Assembly: GCA_031269825.1 (NCBI GenBank)
Contig: JAISYP010000100.1
Span: forward strand, 240-64,239
Direction of reading: 5' to 3'
DNA: 64,000 nucleotides
From: Deltaproteobacteria bacterium
Lineage (GTDB): Bacteria; Desulfobacterota; Desulfarculia; Adiutricales; Adiutricaceae
Shown here: piece by piece, positions 42,517 to 52,359 of the stretch
How the letters are laid out: each line of letters begins with the position of its first letter
Numbering within the stretch: position 1 is the stretch's first letter
Made by a program: the position numbers and the translations under genes
Notes under the pieces: generated by a model
What the model saw: only the letters and a program-made list of their open reading frames with translations
Databases searched by the model: none
Told to the model about the DNA's origin: nothing

Positions 42517-42577
42517 ATGACTTCAGACTCCTATGACCTCAGACTTCTAATGACTTCAAAGGGAAAATGGCTTCAAA
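42517..42577 (+). repeat. Four iteron-like direct repeats ATGRCYTCARA with a 16-17-nt period
   Basis: Copies start at 42517, 42533, 42550 and 42567. They lie immediately upstream of the hairpin-repeat array. An inverted ATGAC.TATGAC motif (GTCATAGGTCAT) sits at 43037-43048 on the far side. Confidence 0.6.
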
Positions 42578-42584
42578 GTGAAAA

Positions 42585-43010
42585 AAAGTAAATTGTAACC
42601 CCCCTCCTCCGTGGAGAGGTCAATTCAATCCCGCCATTGACTAGGCTGAAGCGTCGTAACCACTTCCGCGGAAAGGTCAAATTTAAAGCGTTACAACATT
42701 AAAGCTTTGTCCAAAATAAAGTCAGTCGTAACCCCTTCCGCGGAGAAGTCAAATTTAGAACTTTTTAGGCTTTGACGCGGTGTTATTTGAAAGTGAGTCG
42801 TAACCCCCCCTCCGAGGATGGGTCAATTCCGCCATTGCCTAGGCTGAAGCGCCGTAACCTCTTCCGCGGAGAGATCAAATATAGAGCGTTCCTAATGAAC
42901 AGACAGTAAGTCTCTTGGAATAGAAAGTCAGTCGTAACCCCCCTCCTCCGTGGAGGGGTCAATTCAATCCCGCCATCGCCGCGAAGAGAACAAATAGAGA
43001 GAGTTCCTAG
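42585..43010 (+). repeat. Nested tandem array of six hairpin-containing units of about 30 nt (CRISPR-like spacing, but the intervening segments are themselves repeated)
   Basis: The cores follow G(T/C)CGTAACC..CTTCCGCGGA.A.(G/A)TCAAAT or GTCGTAACCCCCCTCCTCCGTGGAGGGGTCAATT. They start at 42593, 42653, 42725, 42797, 42851 and 42931, giving spacings of 60, 72, 72, 54 and 80. Segment 42585-42700 is homologous to 42790-42905 and, with a deletion, to 42924-43010. Confidence 0.7.
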
Positions 43011-44189
43011 TGATATCTGGTTAGCCTCATATTAAAGTCATAGGTCATTTTTGCCTTTAATTATATCATTAATTTATTAATTATATGATATAAATCGCGA
43101 TAACTAAACCTCAATAGGCGAGTTTTTATTAGACCATCTCAGTCTAGTTTTTAACATTTAATAACCCGACTAAACGCGCTAACCAATCCAAGAGCTATTA
43201 TAGCGTTATTTCGAAAATTTACCACAAAAATTTATGGGCCCCGAAGCTCCCCATTGATTTTCCTAAAAAGCCCATAAGGTCTGATCTTAAAATCACAATT
43301 TCGCGGGGGCGGTGGCCACTTAAATCCAAAACATGGGGGGTTAAGACGATTCAGCGGCTTCTTTGGCCTTGGCTCCCCAATATTGTCCCCATAAGAAATA
43401 GCGATTCCCGGGATAACGTCCCACGGTCGTAAGGCATGTCCAAATAAGCGCTTATTATTTCAATACCCATTAAAAATTGATAGCGCAGGTTGTATTATAT
43501 TAATGCTAGAACACTAATTAGTTTAAAAAAATTGATATTGAGCGCTTGTTAAAACCAATAACGTTTGGACAACGCTCCCTTACGCCCGCGCGGTCTAACC
43601 AAGCGATAAAATTTAACCTCCAAATACCGCTTCCCATCTCTAACCGTCCAACAAGTCCTGGCCAAGGTAGCTCCATACCTGTTCAACCGCTGTCGATAAA
43701 TCAAAAGCCGTGTCAAAAAGATCAAGATTAACTAGCTTAGGCGCTCCGTGTTCCCCAACTCAAGACAAATGGTTTCAGGCTTGGCCAAGGGCGCCGAGGC
43801 GGCTAACCCACGCGTCAAAATTAACTCCTAAATCTAGAGAGTCCAAGCCAACCGAAAAACGGCGAGCGGTGAGTCAAGATCCGATCGCGGGCGATAGATA
43901 TTTAAGAAACAATTGTCACCAGCCGTAAATAACAAAACGCTTCCCAAGATCCTAATAAAACAAGAGCTAACTTGCCTCAGAGAGAATTTGCATCCATTGT
44001 AACTAAAAATAATGACTAAACAAGTTGGTAAAAGCTTTTAGCGTTTCTAAAATTTAATAACGATAGTTTAAATTATCCTTTTATCAATATAAAGATAAAT
44101 AAACATCGTTATTATTGCCATTTTAGTCTATTATCTATTATTTTATAATTCATATCTCAATCAAAGACATTTTTCCCTTAGCCGCCCCA

Positions 44190-45536
44190 TCAGTCTTTAC
44201 CATCCCAGTTGACCCCAAATTTTCTCAATTTCGCGGCCAAGGTTTTCCGGGTGACGCCCAGGGTGGTGGCGGCCTGAGTTTTGTTGCCTTTGGTGAAGGT
44301 AAGAGCTTTTTCCACGGCCAAGCGTTCCAACTTATCCAGGTTCAGAGGCAATTCCTCCACCGTGGAGCCCGTGGCCGGGGCTAAGTTTAAGGGCATGTCT
44401 TTAGCCGTGATGTACTCGCCACGCATAAGGATGACCGCCCTTTCCATGGCGTTTTGCAGTTCCCTGATGTTACCGGGCCAGTAATAAGTGGTCATGGCCG
44501 TCAAAGCGTCTTGAGTTAAACCTTTAACCGTTTTGTGATTTTTGAGGGCGTATTGGCGGATGAAAAAATTGGCCAGTCCCGGCAGATCCTCGGGTCGATC
44601 CCTTAAGGCCGGCACCTCAATGGTGACCACGTTTAAGCGCCAAAAAAGATCTTCCCGAAAACGTCCCGCCAGCACTTCTTTTTTTAAGTCGCGATTGGTC
44701 GCCGCTAAGAAACGAACATCCACCTTTTCCGTGACGTCGCTGCCCAATGGTTGAATCTCCCCCTCCTGCAGAACGCGCAACAATTTAGCCTGAAAAGCCG
44801 GGGAGGTTTCGCCAATCTCGTCCAAAAACACCGTCCCCCCAGCGCTGGCCTTCAATCGCCCATCACGCCTTTTTTCCGCGCCCGTGAAAGCTCCTTTCTC
44901 ATGGCCAAAAAGCTCGGATTCCAGCAAAGTCTCGGCCATGGCCGCGCAGTTGATGGTGGTAAAGGGAGCGGAGCTCCTTAAGCTTTTAGACTGAATCAGA
45001 CGGGCGACCATTTCTTTGCCCACCCCGCTTTCGCCGGTGATGAGAACCGTGGCTTCGGTGGGGGCGGCCATTTTCACCAATTCCAAAACTTTTTGGAAGG
45101 CCGGGCTTTCGCCTAACAAAAAATTAGGCCCGCCAAACAGACCCGCCTCCTTTTCCTCGCGCAAACGGCTATGTTCCAAGGCCCTTTCCATGGTCAGTCT
45201 CACCACTTCCATGTCCAAAGGTTTGGTCAAATAATCATAAGCCCCAGCTTTTAGAGCCGCCACCGCGTCGCGCACCCGAGAAAAAGCCGTCATTATAATA
45301 ATAGGGGTCTCGATATTTAAGCCTTCTTTTTTTACGCTTGACAAAGCGGCCAAACCATCCATTACCCCCATTCGAACATCCATTAGTATCAACCGATAGT
45401 GGTGATCCCGGGCTAATCGCACCGCCTCGGCGCCGTCGGTGGCGGTCTGGTTTTCATAACCCCAACCGCTTAAGACAGTTTTAAGCATGAAAAGATGTTC
45501 TCGGTCATCGTCAACAATAAGTATGGGATCGTTCAT
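44190..45536 (-). CDS. Sigma-54-dependent response regulator (NtrC/AtoC family)
   Basis: It has a REC domain (ILIVDDD...LMDVRM), an AAA+ domain (GESGVGKE, GAFTGA, ESELFGHEKG) and a C-terminal Fis-type HTH. Confidence 0.92.
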   Translation of the reverse strand: MNDPILIVDDDREHLFMLKTVLSGWGYENQTATDGAEAVRLARDHHYRLILMDVRMGVMDGLAALSSVKKEGLNIETPIIIMTAFSRVRDAVAALKAGAYDYLTKPLDMEVVRLTMERALEHSRLREEKEAGLFGGPNFLLGESPAFQKVLELVKMAAPTEATVLITGESGVGKEMVARLIQSKSLRSSAPFTTINCAAMAETLLESELFGHEKGAFTGAEKRRDGRLKASAGGTVFLDEIGETSPAFQAKLLRVLQEGEIQPLGSDVTEKVDVRFLAATNRDLKKEVLAGRFREDLFWRLNVVTIEVPALRDRPEDLPGLANFFIRQYALKNHKTVKGLTQDALTAMTTYYWPGNIRELQNAMERAVILMRGEYITAKDMPLNLAPATGSTVEELPLNLDKLERLAVEKALTFTKGNKTQAATTLGVTRKTLAAKLRKFGVNWDGKD

Positions 45537-45590
45537 GGCCTCGCGCCTCGATAGAAAAGGATCAATATTTTCCGTATTTTAACAATTAAA

Positions 45591-46322
45591 TCATCTAGCG
45601 CCTAGATAGGCGTCGCGCACCTGGGGATTGTTCAATAATCGCTCCGCCCGATCCGCTAAAACCAAATTACCCACATCCAAGACGTACCCACGGTCAGCCA
45701 GCTTTAAAGCCGCTTGAGCGTTTTGCTCAACAAGAATAATAGTCACCCCGGATTGGTTGATATTTTTGATGGTTTGGAAAATGGATTTCACCAATAACGG
45801 AGCTAGCCCCAAACTTGGCTCATCCAATAGAAGAAGCTTGGGCTGGGCCATGAGAGCCCGACCAATGGCTAACATCTGTTGTTCCCCGCCCGACAAGGTG
45901 CCAGCCATCTGCTTTTTGCGTTCAAACAGACGAGGAAAAAGCTCATAGACCCGGCGTAAATCCAATTCCAGGTTCTGACCCGGACGGGTAAAAGCGCCCA
46001 ACTTTAAGTTTTCTTCCACCGTCATGGGCCCAAAAACCCGTCGTCCCTCGGGCGACTGAATGACGCCTAATTTAACCACCTCATGGCTTCTTAAAACGTC
46101 AATCCTTTGACCTTTAAAATAGATCTCCCCACCAGACGGACGAACGAGGCCACTAATGGCCATCAAAGTCGTGCTTTTTCCCGCCCCATTGGCCCCCAGG
46201 ATGGTCACTAGCTCTCCCGCGGCCACGGATAAGGAGAGCCCACGCACCGCTTCCACCCCACCGTACGCGACGACCAGGCTTTTTAACTCCAATAAAGGCG
46301 GAACCTCAACCATACGCCCCAA
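45591..46322 (-). CDS. livF: Branched-chain amino acid ABC transporter ATP-binding protein
   Basis: It has Walker A GANGAGKST, the signature LSGGEQQ and LLLDEPS. It is last in a livKHMGF-ordered operon. Confidence 0.88.
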   Translation of the reverse strand: MGRMVEVPPLLELKSLVVAYGGVEAVRGLSLSVAAGELVTILGANGAGKSTTLMAISGLVRPSGGEIYFKGQRIDVLRSHEVVKLGVIQSPEGRRVFGPMTVEENLKLGAFTRPGQNLELDLRRVYELFPRLFERKKQMAGTLSGGEQQMLAIGRALMAQPKLLLLDEPSLGLAPLLVKSIFQTIKNINQSGVTIILVEQNAQAALKLADRGYVLDVGNLVLADRAERLLNNPQVRDAYLGAR

Positions 46323-46385
46323 GCCTTTTTATCATCCGCTCGCCCCCCAATTGGCGTTTTACTCTGATCAGCTTAAATAAGCTTC

Positions 46386-47150
46386 TTAATCATCTTGACG
46401 GCCCAAATAAGCCTCAATGACCCGAGGATTGGTCTGGATCTCCAAAGGAGCTCCTTCGGCGATGAGGGAGCCGTTTTCCATGACAAAAACCCGGTGACAA
46501 ACCCGCATGACAAACCCCATGTCGTGCTCAATGAGCATAATCGTGATGTCCCGGTCGCGGATCTGACCGACCAAATCCATCAGATTGGCCGTCTCCCGTT
46601 CGTTCATGCCCCCCGCCGGTTCGTCTAAAATCAATAATTTAGGCTCCGTGGCTAGGGCTCTAGCGATCTCTAACCTTCTTTGGTCGCCATAAGAAAGCGA
46701 GCCCGCTTCCGCCGACCAGCGCTCGGCTAAGCCGACAAACTCCAGTTCCGCCATGGCCCTTTTTAAAACCAATTTTTCTTCCAGCCTCTGACTCGGTAAC
46801 CTGAGCAAGGCGGCCACCACCCCAGAAACCAAACGACAATGACAACCGGAAAGAACATTGTCCAGAACCGTTAGCCGCGGAAACAGCCGGATTGTCTGAA
46901 AAGTGCGCGCCACGCCCAAGGCGACGACGCTATGGGGCTTTAAACCAGCTAAAGAACGCCCGGAAAAAAAGATGTGCCCATCGTCCGGCCGGATGGAGCC
47001 GGTAATCAGATTAAAAATGGTGGTTTTACCCGCCCCGTTGGGGCCAATGAGGCCAGCTATCTGACCCCGCTCCACGCCCAAGGAGACGCCAGCCACGGCC
47101 ACCAAGCCACCAAAGGTCTTGGTTACGCTGGATAAGCTGAGGATCAGCAA
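46386..47150 (-). CDS. livG: Branched-chain amino acid ABC transporter ATP-binding protein
   Basis: It has Walker A GPNGAGKTT, LSYGDQRRLEIARAL and LILDEPAGG. Confidence 0.88.
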   Translation of the reverse strand: MLILSLSSVTKTFGGLVAVAGVSLGVERGQIAGLIGPNGAGKTTIFNLITGSIRPDDGHIFFSGRSLAGLKPHSVVALGVARTFQTIRLFPRLTVLDNVLSGCHCRLVSGVVAALLRLPSQRLEEKLVLKRAMAELEFVGLAERWSAEAGSLSYGDQRRLEIARALATEPKLLILDEPAGGMNERETANLMDLVGQIRDRDITIMLIEHDMGFVMRVCHRVFVMENGSLIAEGAPLEIQTNPRVIEAYLGRQDD

Positions 47151-48214
47151 GAGCGATCTCCATCTTTTAATTTTTCTTCGCCCGGATATTTTTGGTCATA
47201 AGGCGCCGGCAAACGATATAACCTAGGTTTCGGGGGCCACAGCCCCTGAGGTCGAAAAATCATCATGGCCACCAAAGCCGCGCCATAGACCAATAATCTG
47301 GTGTCTTGGAATTGACGGAATAGCTCGGGTAGCCCCATGACCAAAAAAGCCCCCAAAATGACTCCCTTTTGGTGGCCACTGCCCCCCAAAATGACGATGG
47401 TGAACATGATGACCGATTCCCCAAAAGTAAAAGATTCCGGGGAAATGGCCCGCATCTTGGAGGCGAAAATGGTTCCCGCCATGCCCGCCCAAGCCGCGCC
47501 AATGACAAAGGCCATCAACTTATAGGCCGTGGTGTTAACGCCCATGCCCTCGGCGGCCACGGTGTCTTCCTTAATATACTTCAGAGCCCGGCCAAAGCGA
47601 GAGTTCTCCAACCAATGGAATAGGAGCGTGGAGATCCCCACCATCAACCAAATGAGATAGAAAAAATCATGCGGTTTAACCACCCGGTAACCAAAAATCA
47701 CGGGGCGACTGACGCCAATTAACCCATTAGGTCCCCCAGTCCAGCCAAAAATATCATTGGTGAGGGCGATTTTAACAATCTCGACGATCCCAATGGTCAC
47801 AATCAATAAATAGTCGCCCCGCAAATGGATGACCGGAAAAGCCACTAACAACGCCATGAACCCAGAGGCCACCGCCGCCACCGGCAAGGTGGCCATTATT
47901 GACCAACCGTAAGTCAGATTAAGGTTAGCCGTGACATAGGCCCCTACGGCGAAAAAGGCCGCGTGGCCCATATGGAAAAGACCAGCCATCCCTAAAATGA
48001 CGTTTAAAGACAACGCCAAAAGAGCGTAAAGACCGATCATGGACAAAAGATCGAGGATATAAGGGGCGCTAGTGAGCCCCAATGAGGCGAAAATAAACGG
48101 CAAAGCCAAAAAAAGCCCTACCCCGGCTATCTGTAAGAACCGAAAATCGTGTCTCTGATGATCTAGTCTCTGACTCTTCTGGCTCTGGGCTAGTGGGTGA
48201 CGGGCTAAACTCAT
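47144..48214 (-). CDS. livM: Branched-chain amino acid ABC transporter permease
   Basis: The ORF is polytopic, and its position and overlaps fit the liv operon. Confidence 0.85.
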   Translation of the reverse strand: MSLARHPLAQSQKSQRLDHQRHDFRFLQIAGVGLFLALPFIFASLGLTSAPYILDLLSMIGLYALLALSLNVILGMAGLFHMGHAAFFAVGAYVTANLNLTYGWSIMATLPVAAVASGFMALLVAFPVIHLRGDYLLIVTIGIVEIVKIALTNDIFGWTGGPNGLIGVSRPVIFGYRVVKPHDFFYLIWLMVGISTLLFHWLENSRFGRALKYIKEDTVAAEGMGVNTTAYKLMAFVIGAAWAGMAGTIFASKMRAISPESFTFGESVIMFTIVILGGSGHQKGVILGAFLVMGLPELFRQFQDTRLLVYGAALVAMMIFRPQGLWPPKPRLYRLPAPYDQKYPGEEKLKDGDRSC

Positions 48215-49116
48215 AATTTCTCCGCCACCCGCTCAGGCAGGATCCCGGTGGGCCGGAAAACCAAGATCAAAATCAAAGCCACGAAAGCCAACGCGTCCTT
48301 CCAGGCCCCAGAGATGTACGCGTCGCCCAAGGTCTCCAACAATCCCAACAAAAGACCGCCAATCATGGCCCCGCCAATGTTGCCAATCCCGCCAATAACC
48401 GCGGCGGTAAAAGCTTTTAAACCATACATCTGCCCCATGTTGAAATTGATTTGTCCGTAATAAATACCCACCAAAAGCCCGGCCAAACCACCCAGAGCCG
48501 GCCCAATCAAAAAAACGACGGCGATGACTTTACGGACATCCACGCCCATCAGTTTCGCCGCCCCTTGATCAATGGCCGCGGCCCGGATGGCCAAACCAAA
48601 ACGGGTGCGATTGATGAACAGGTATAACCCGGCCATGGTGACGACAGCGGTTAAAAAAACAAACACCCGAATTAACGGCACGCTCTGGCCAGCCACCCGC
48701 CAAACTATGGTCGGCAATAACGAGGCGTTAAAAGCCCGGTATTGAGCCCCCCAAACCACCATTATAACGTTTTGGAGAAAAATGCTCGCTCCCAAAGCCG
48801 AGACCACGGCGGCTAGACGATCGGAATGCCGTAAAGGGCGGTACGCCACCCTTTCCAGCGCGTGCCCAGCCAAAGCCGTGGCCACGCAGACAATGATGGC
48901 CACGCAACCAATGGCCAAAGCCGGCCCCAATAAGCCACCCCAATTTAAAGTCACTAAAAAGATATAGCCCACAAACGCGCCCAAGGCGAACAGTTCGCCG
49001 TGAGCGAAGTTTATCAATTTCATCACCCCATAGACCATGGTGTAACCCAAGGCGATGAGAGCGTAAACACTGCCCACGGTCAGGCCAAAAATGATTTGCT
49101 CAACAAAATGAGCCAT
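48211..49116 (-). CDS. livH: Branched-chain amino acid ABC transporter permease
   Basis: The ORF is polytopic and starts MAHFVEQIIFGLTVGSVYALIALGYTMVYG, as is typical of LivH. Confidence 0.88.
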   Translation of the reverse strand: MAHFVEQIIFGLTVGSVYALIALGYTMVYGVMKLINFAHGELFALGAFVGYIFLVTLNWGGLLGPALAIGCVAIIVCVATALAGHALERVAYRPLRHSDRLAAVVSALGASIFLQNVIMVVWGAQYRAFNASLLPTIVWRVAGQSVPLIRVFVFLTAVVTMAGLYLFINRTRFGLAIRAAAIDQGAAKLMGVDVRKVIAVVFLIGPALGGLAGLLVGIYYGQINFNMGQMYGLKAFTAAVIGGIGNIGGAMIGGLLLGLLETLGDAYISGAWKDALAFVALILILVFRPTGILPERVAEKL

Positions 49117-49237
49117 GAGGATAGCCTAGAAAACCTTGGTTAACTACTTGACGTCCACTAATTGATTCGATCATTGATTAACCATTAATGATTAACCATG
49201 GATCAACTTAAGCCTGATCAACTCAAGCGCCGAAAAG

Positions 49238-50392
49238 TTATTCGCGCAAAGAAAAATCGCCTTGCTCATCGACTTGGTAAAGGCGGTAAACCTCGCCAAT
49301 CCGGTCGCCTTTTTCGTCAAAGGAGATGGAGCCGGATAGGCCCTTAAAATCTTTCAGATCATTATGGAGGTAAGTGGCGATTTTAGTGGAATCGGCTCCC
49401 ACGTTCCCGATGGCCTCGGCGATGACTTGAAAAGCGTCCCCAGCCAGAACCGCCCACACCGAACTGGGCAAACTATTATGTTTGGCCTGGTAGACCTTTA
49501 AAAATTCCACGGCCTCGGGGGTCTTCATGTCGCCCAGACTGGGCGGGCTCACAAAATAATAACCCGCCGCCGCCGCCCGGCCAGCGATTTCCACTAAAGT
49601 GCGGTTATTGGTGGCGTCCCCGCCAATGACCGGGACGTTCCAGCCTTTTTCGCGCTTCTGACGCAGGATCATGGCGGCTTCGGGATAATAGCCGGTAAAA
49701 ACTATGATGTCGGGGTTTTGGGCCTGAATCTTGGATAGAGCCACCGCGAAATCCCGATCCCCAGGGTTAATGGCGTCGTAATAAACCTCCGAGATCCCCT
49801 GGGATTTAAAAATCGCCCGCGCCTCGTCGGCCAAGCCTTTGGCGTAGGAAGTATTGTCGTGCACTATGGCCGGTCTACTGAAACCTAGCTCTTTGACCTT
49901 GCCCGCCAGAACTCGCCCCTGCTCATCGTCGCGCGGACAGGTTCGAAAAAACTTTTTTAGTCCCTTTTCCGATAAACGAATGGAAGTGGAGCCAGTGGCG
50001 ATCTGTGGGACGCCCGCTTCGTCGTATATATCCTGGGTCGCCTCGGTCACGGAGGAGCCATAGGTGCCCACCACGGCCACGACCCCTAAGGTCAGTAGCC
50101 TTTGAGCGGCCAGAGTCGCCGATTTGGGCGTGCCGCCGTCGTCGCCGACCACCACCTCCACCTTGTCGCCCCGCAAACCGCCTTTAGCGTTAATCTGGTC
50201 AGCTAAGATCTCTATGACCTTGACCATGTCTTGCCCTTCGCTGGCCCAGGAACCGGTGGTGGGGCCCATGACGCCCACCTTGATGGTCGAAGCCGCCCAT
50301 GACGACGTAATTGAGGGCGACGTCATGGAGATAGCCGAGGCCACAAGAACGGCCATGGCTAGAAAAGTAACTTGAAAAAAGAATTTACCCAT
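49238..50392 (-). CDS. livK: Periplasmic Leu/Ile/Val-type substrate-binding protein
   Basis: It has a signal peptide and a type I periplasmic binding-protein fold pattern (IKVGVMGPTTG...), and it is first in the operon. Confidence 0.8.
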   Translation of the reverse strand: MGKFFFQVTFLAMAVLVASAISMTSPSITSSWAASTIKVGVMGPTTGSWASEGQDMVKVIEILADQINAKGGLRGDKVEVVVGDDGGTPKSATLAAQRLLTLGVVAVVGTYGSSVTEATQDIYDEAGVPQIATGSTSIRLSEKGLKKFFRTCPRDDEQGRVLAGKVKELGFSRPAIVHDNTSYAKGLADEARAIFKSQGISEVYYDAINPGDRDFAVALSKIQAQNPDIIVFTGYYPEAAMILRQKREKGWNVPVIGGDATNNRTLVEIAGRAAAAGYYFVSPPSLGDMKTPEAVEFLKVYQAKHNSLPSSVWAVLAGDAFQVIAEAIGNVGADSTKIATYLHNDLKDFKGLSGSISFDEKGDRIGEVYRLYQVDEQGDFSLRE

Positions 50393-50444
50393 CTCAAATC
50401 TCCTTAGCCACCAGGCGGATAGGGCGATATCAGACCAATCCGTC

Positions 50445-51914
50445 CTAAGCTTTTTGAAAAAAAGCTTCCAAAGCTTTCATAGTCATCCAAACATCCGCCT
50501 TAGAAGTGATCTCGAATGGCGAGTGCATTGAAAGGATCGGGGCCCCGCAATCAACCACGCTCATGCCGTGAAAGGCTAAAGACAAGGCCACAGTGCCACC
50601 GCCGCCATATTCCTGTTTGCCCAACAGAGAGCATTGCCAAATGATATTGTTATCGTCAAAAATCTGACGCACGCGGGCCATATATTCCGCCCGAGCCTCG
50701 GAGGCGCCATATTTACCGTTACCGCCAGTGTAGCGCACCAAACACGGCCCCATGCCCATTCGCGAAGCGTTCAGATCATCGTAAACGTCTTTAAAAGTTG
50801 GATCCATGGCGGCGTTCACGTCAGCCGAAATGGCCAAAGAACGGGCCAAGGCCTCGGTGACCGTTAGCCATTGCGGGTCGACGCCGGATTTGGCGAGGGC
50901 GGCGGCGGCCAGTCTTAACACAAAATTGCTTTCCGCTCCCGTGGAACCGTAACTACCGATCTCCTCCCGGTCAAAGACGATGAGTAGAAGGGGTTTTTCC
51001 GGCTTATTGACCGCCAATAGAGCCTTTAGGGCCGCGAAAACCGAAACTCGGTCATCCTGGCCATAGCCACCAATCATGGAGCCATCGAGCCCCACATATC
51101 TAGCCGGGCCCGCGGGCACCAACTCAATTTCCGAAGAGACCAGATCATCTTCGGTCAAGCCCCAACGGCTCAAAAGGATGTCTTGGATGGCCTTTTTTAG
51201 GCGCGCTTTTACCTTAACGTCGCCCGCCGGTCGCGAAGCGGCCAAAACGTTCAGTTTTTCGGCCGGGAAAGCGTCGGTTAACTTCTTGTCGCGCTGCACT
51301 TTGGAGTCCAGGTGAGGCAAGATGTCGGTAATGGTCAGAACCGGATCCCCTGGGTCTTCGCCAAAACTAAAATTTACCTCGCGCCCATCCTTCAATACCC
51401 CAAAAACCCACATGGCCAAGGGGCGGGCCAACCATTGAAACTTCTTCAGCCCGCCATAGAGGTTACTTTTTAGCATCCCCAAATTTTCTTCTTGGTAAAG
51501 ACAACGTGGTTTAAGATCCAGCCTTGGCGAATCGCCATGGGTCACCACGATGTTAAAACCGTTATCCACCCGTTGACCAGGGACGAAAAGACCTAGGAGC
51601 TTGCCATGGTGAGTCAAATAGCCACCGTTGGTCGCGGGCCCAGATTGGGCTAAATCCTTAAACCCGGCCGCTTTGGCCGTTTCCAAGAGTTTGACGCTCA
51701 CCGCCCGCTCGGTTTTGGCCTCCGTCAAAAATTGCCGATACTCCTCCGCCAAGGTCTCGACTTCCTCGCGTTGACGGGGGGATATTCGTTCCCAGATAGT
51801 GAGGCGGGCTTCCTGATTGGGCTCGTCATTGGCGGCTTCTGAGCGAGATTCGCCCTTAGAGAAGGCGGCGGTTGATTGTTTTTGATTGAGGTTTTTGGAT
51901 GAAAACTTGGACAT
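50445..51914 (-). CDS. M18-family aminopeptidase
   Basis: The HGDSPRLDLKP motif and C-terminal SMHSPFE are typical of M18 (aspartyl) aminopeptidases. A polar N-terminal extension of about 40 aa is present. Confidence 0.75.
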   Translation of the reverse strand: MSKFSSKNLNQKQSTAAFSKGESRSEAANDEPNQEARLTIWERISPRQREEVETLAEEYRQFLTEAKTERAVSVKLLETAKAAGFKDLAQSGPATNGGYLTHHGKLLGLFVPGQRVDNGFNIVVTHGDSPRLDLKPRCLYQEENLGMLKSNLYGGLKKFQWLARPLAMWVFGVLKDGREVNFSFGEDPGDPVLTITDILPHLDSKVQRDKKLTDAFPAEKLNVLAASRPAGDVKVKARLKKAIQDILLSRWGLTEDDLVSSEIELVPAGPARYVGLDGSMIGGYGQDDRVSVFAALKALLAVNKPEKPLLLIVFDREEIGSYGSTGAESNFVLRLAAAALAKSGVDPQWLTVTEALARSLAISADVNAAMDPTFKDVYDDLNASRMGMGPCLVRYTGGNGKYGASEARAEYMARVRQIFDDNNIIWQCSLLGKQEYGGGGTVALSLAFHGMSVVDCGAPILSMHSPFEITSKADVWMTMKALEAFFQKA

Positions 51915-52359
51915 TGTTAGTCAATTAAACTCCCGAATTGGGCAATATTTACCTAAAGGCGGGCCGCTATCCCGATCAGGGCTAAACCACAAAAACGCCC
52001 GGGCCAAAAAAGGTTTAAGGGCACAATAAACCACCACCCCCTGGTTGTCAAGCTGGGATTATAAATAAATGACAATATTAACAATATAAATGGTAATCAG
52101 CGATATAGATTATTGAAATATCAATAAGTAGTAAATTAGACCTATCTAAACCAATAATCTAAATAAAATTCCAGTTTTTGGCTAGCCTTAGGCGGGAATG
52201 ATGGTTCGGGCCCATAGTCAAGGCGGGGAAGCGTCCGCGACGCGCGAGAGGCCAAGATTTAATAGCCCCGACCGAAAGGGAGGTCATGTTGAAACTATAA
52301 TTATAAAGGCGCGACCCAAAGAAGAGACAGGAAAAAAAACCACTAGACCAGAGGCCAAT

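Noticed and set aside
42585-43010. Calling the hairpin-repeat array a CRISPR locus
   Set aside because: The repeats are degenerate and of two types. The 'spacers' are homologous between units, so they are not unique. There are only six units, and no cas gene or clear leader is in the window. I report it as a nested tandem repeat instead, and a decayed CRISPR remains a minor possibility.
43546-43928. Two plus-strand ORFs of 61 and 72 aa
   Set aside because: Their sequences are proline/serine/arginine-rich with no start context. The minus strand looks more protein-like but is broken, so the region is treated as decayed DNA.
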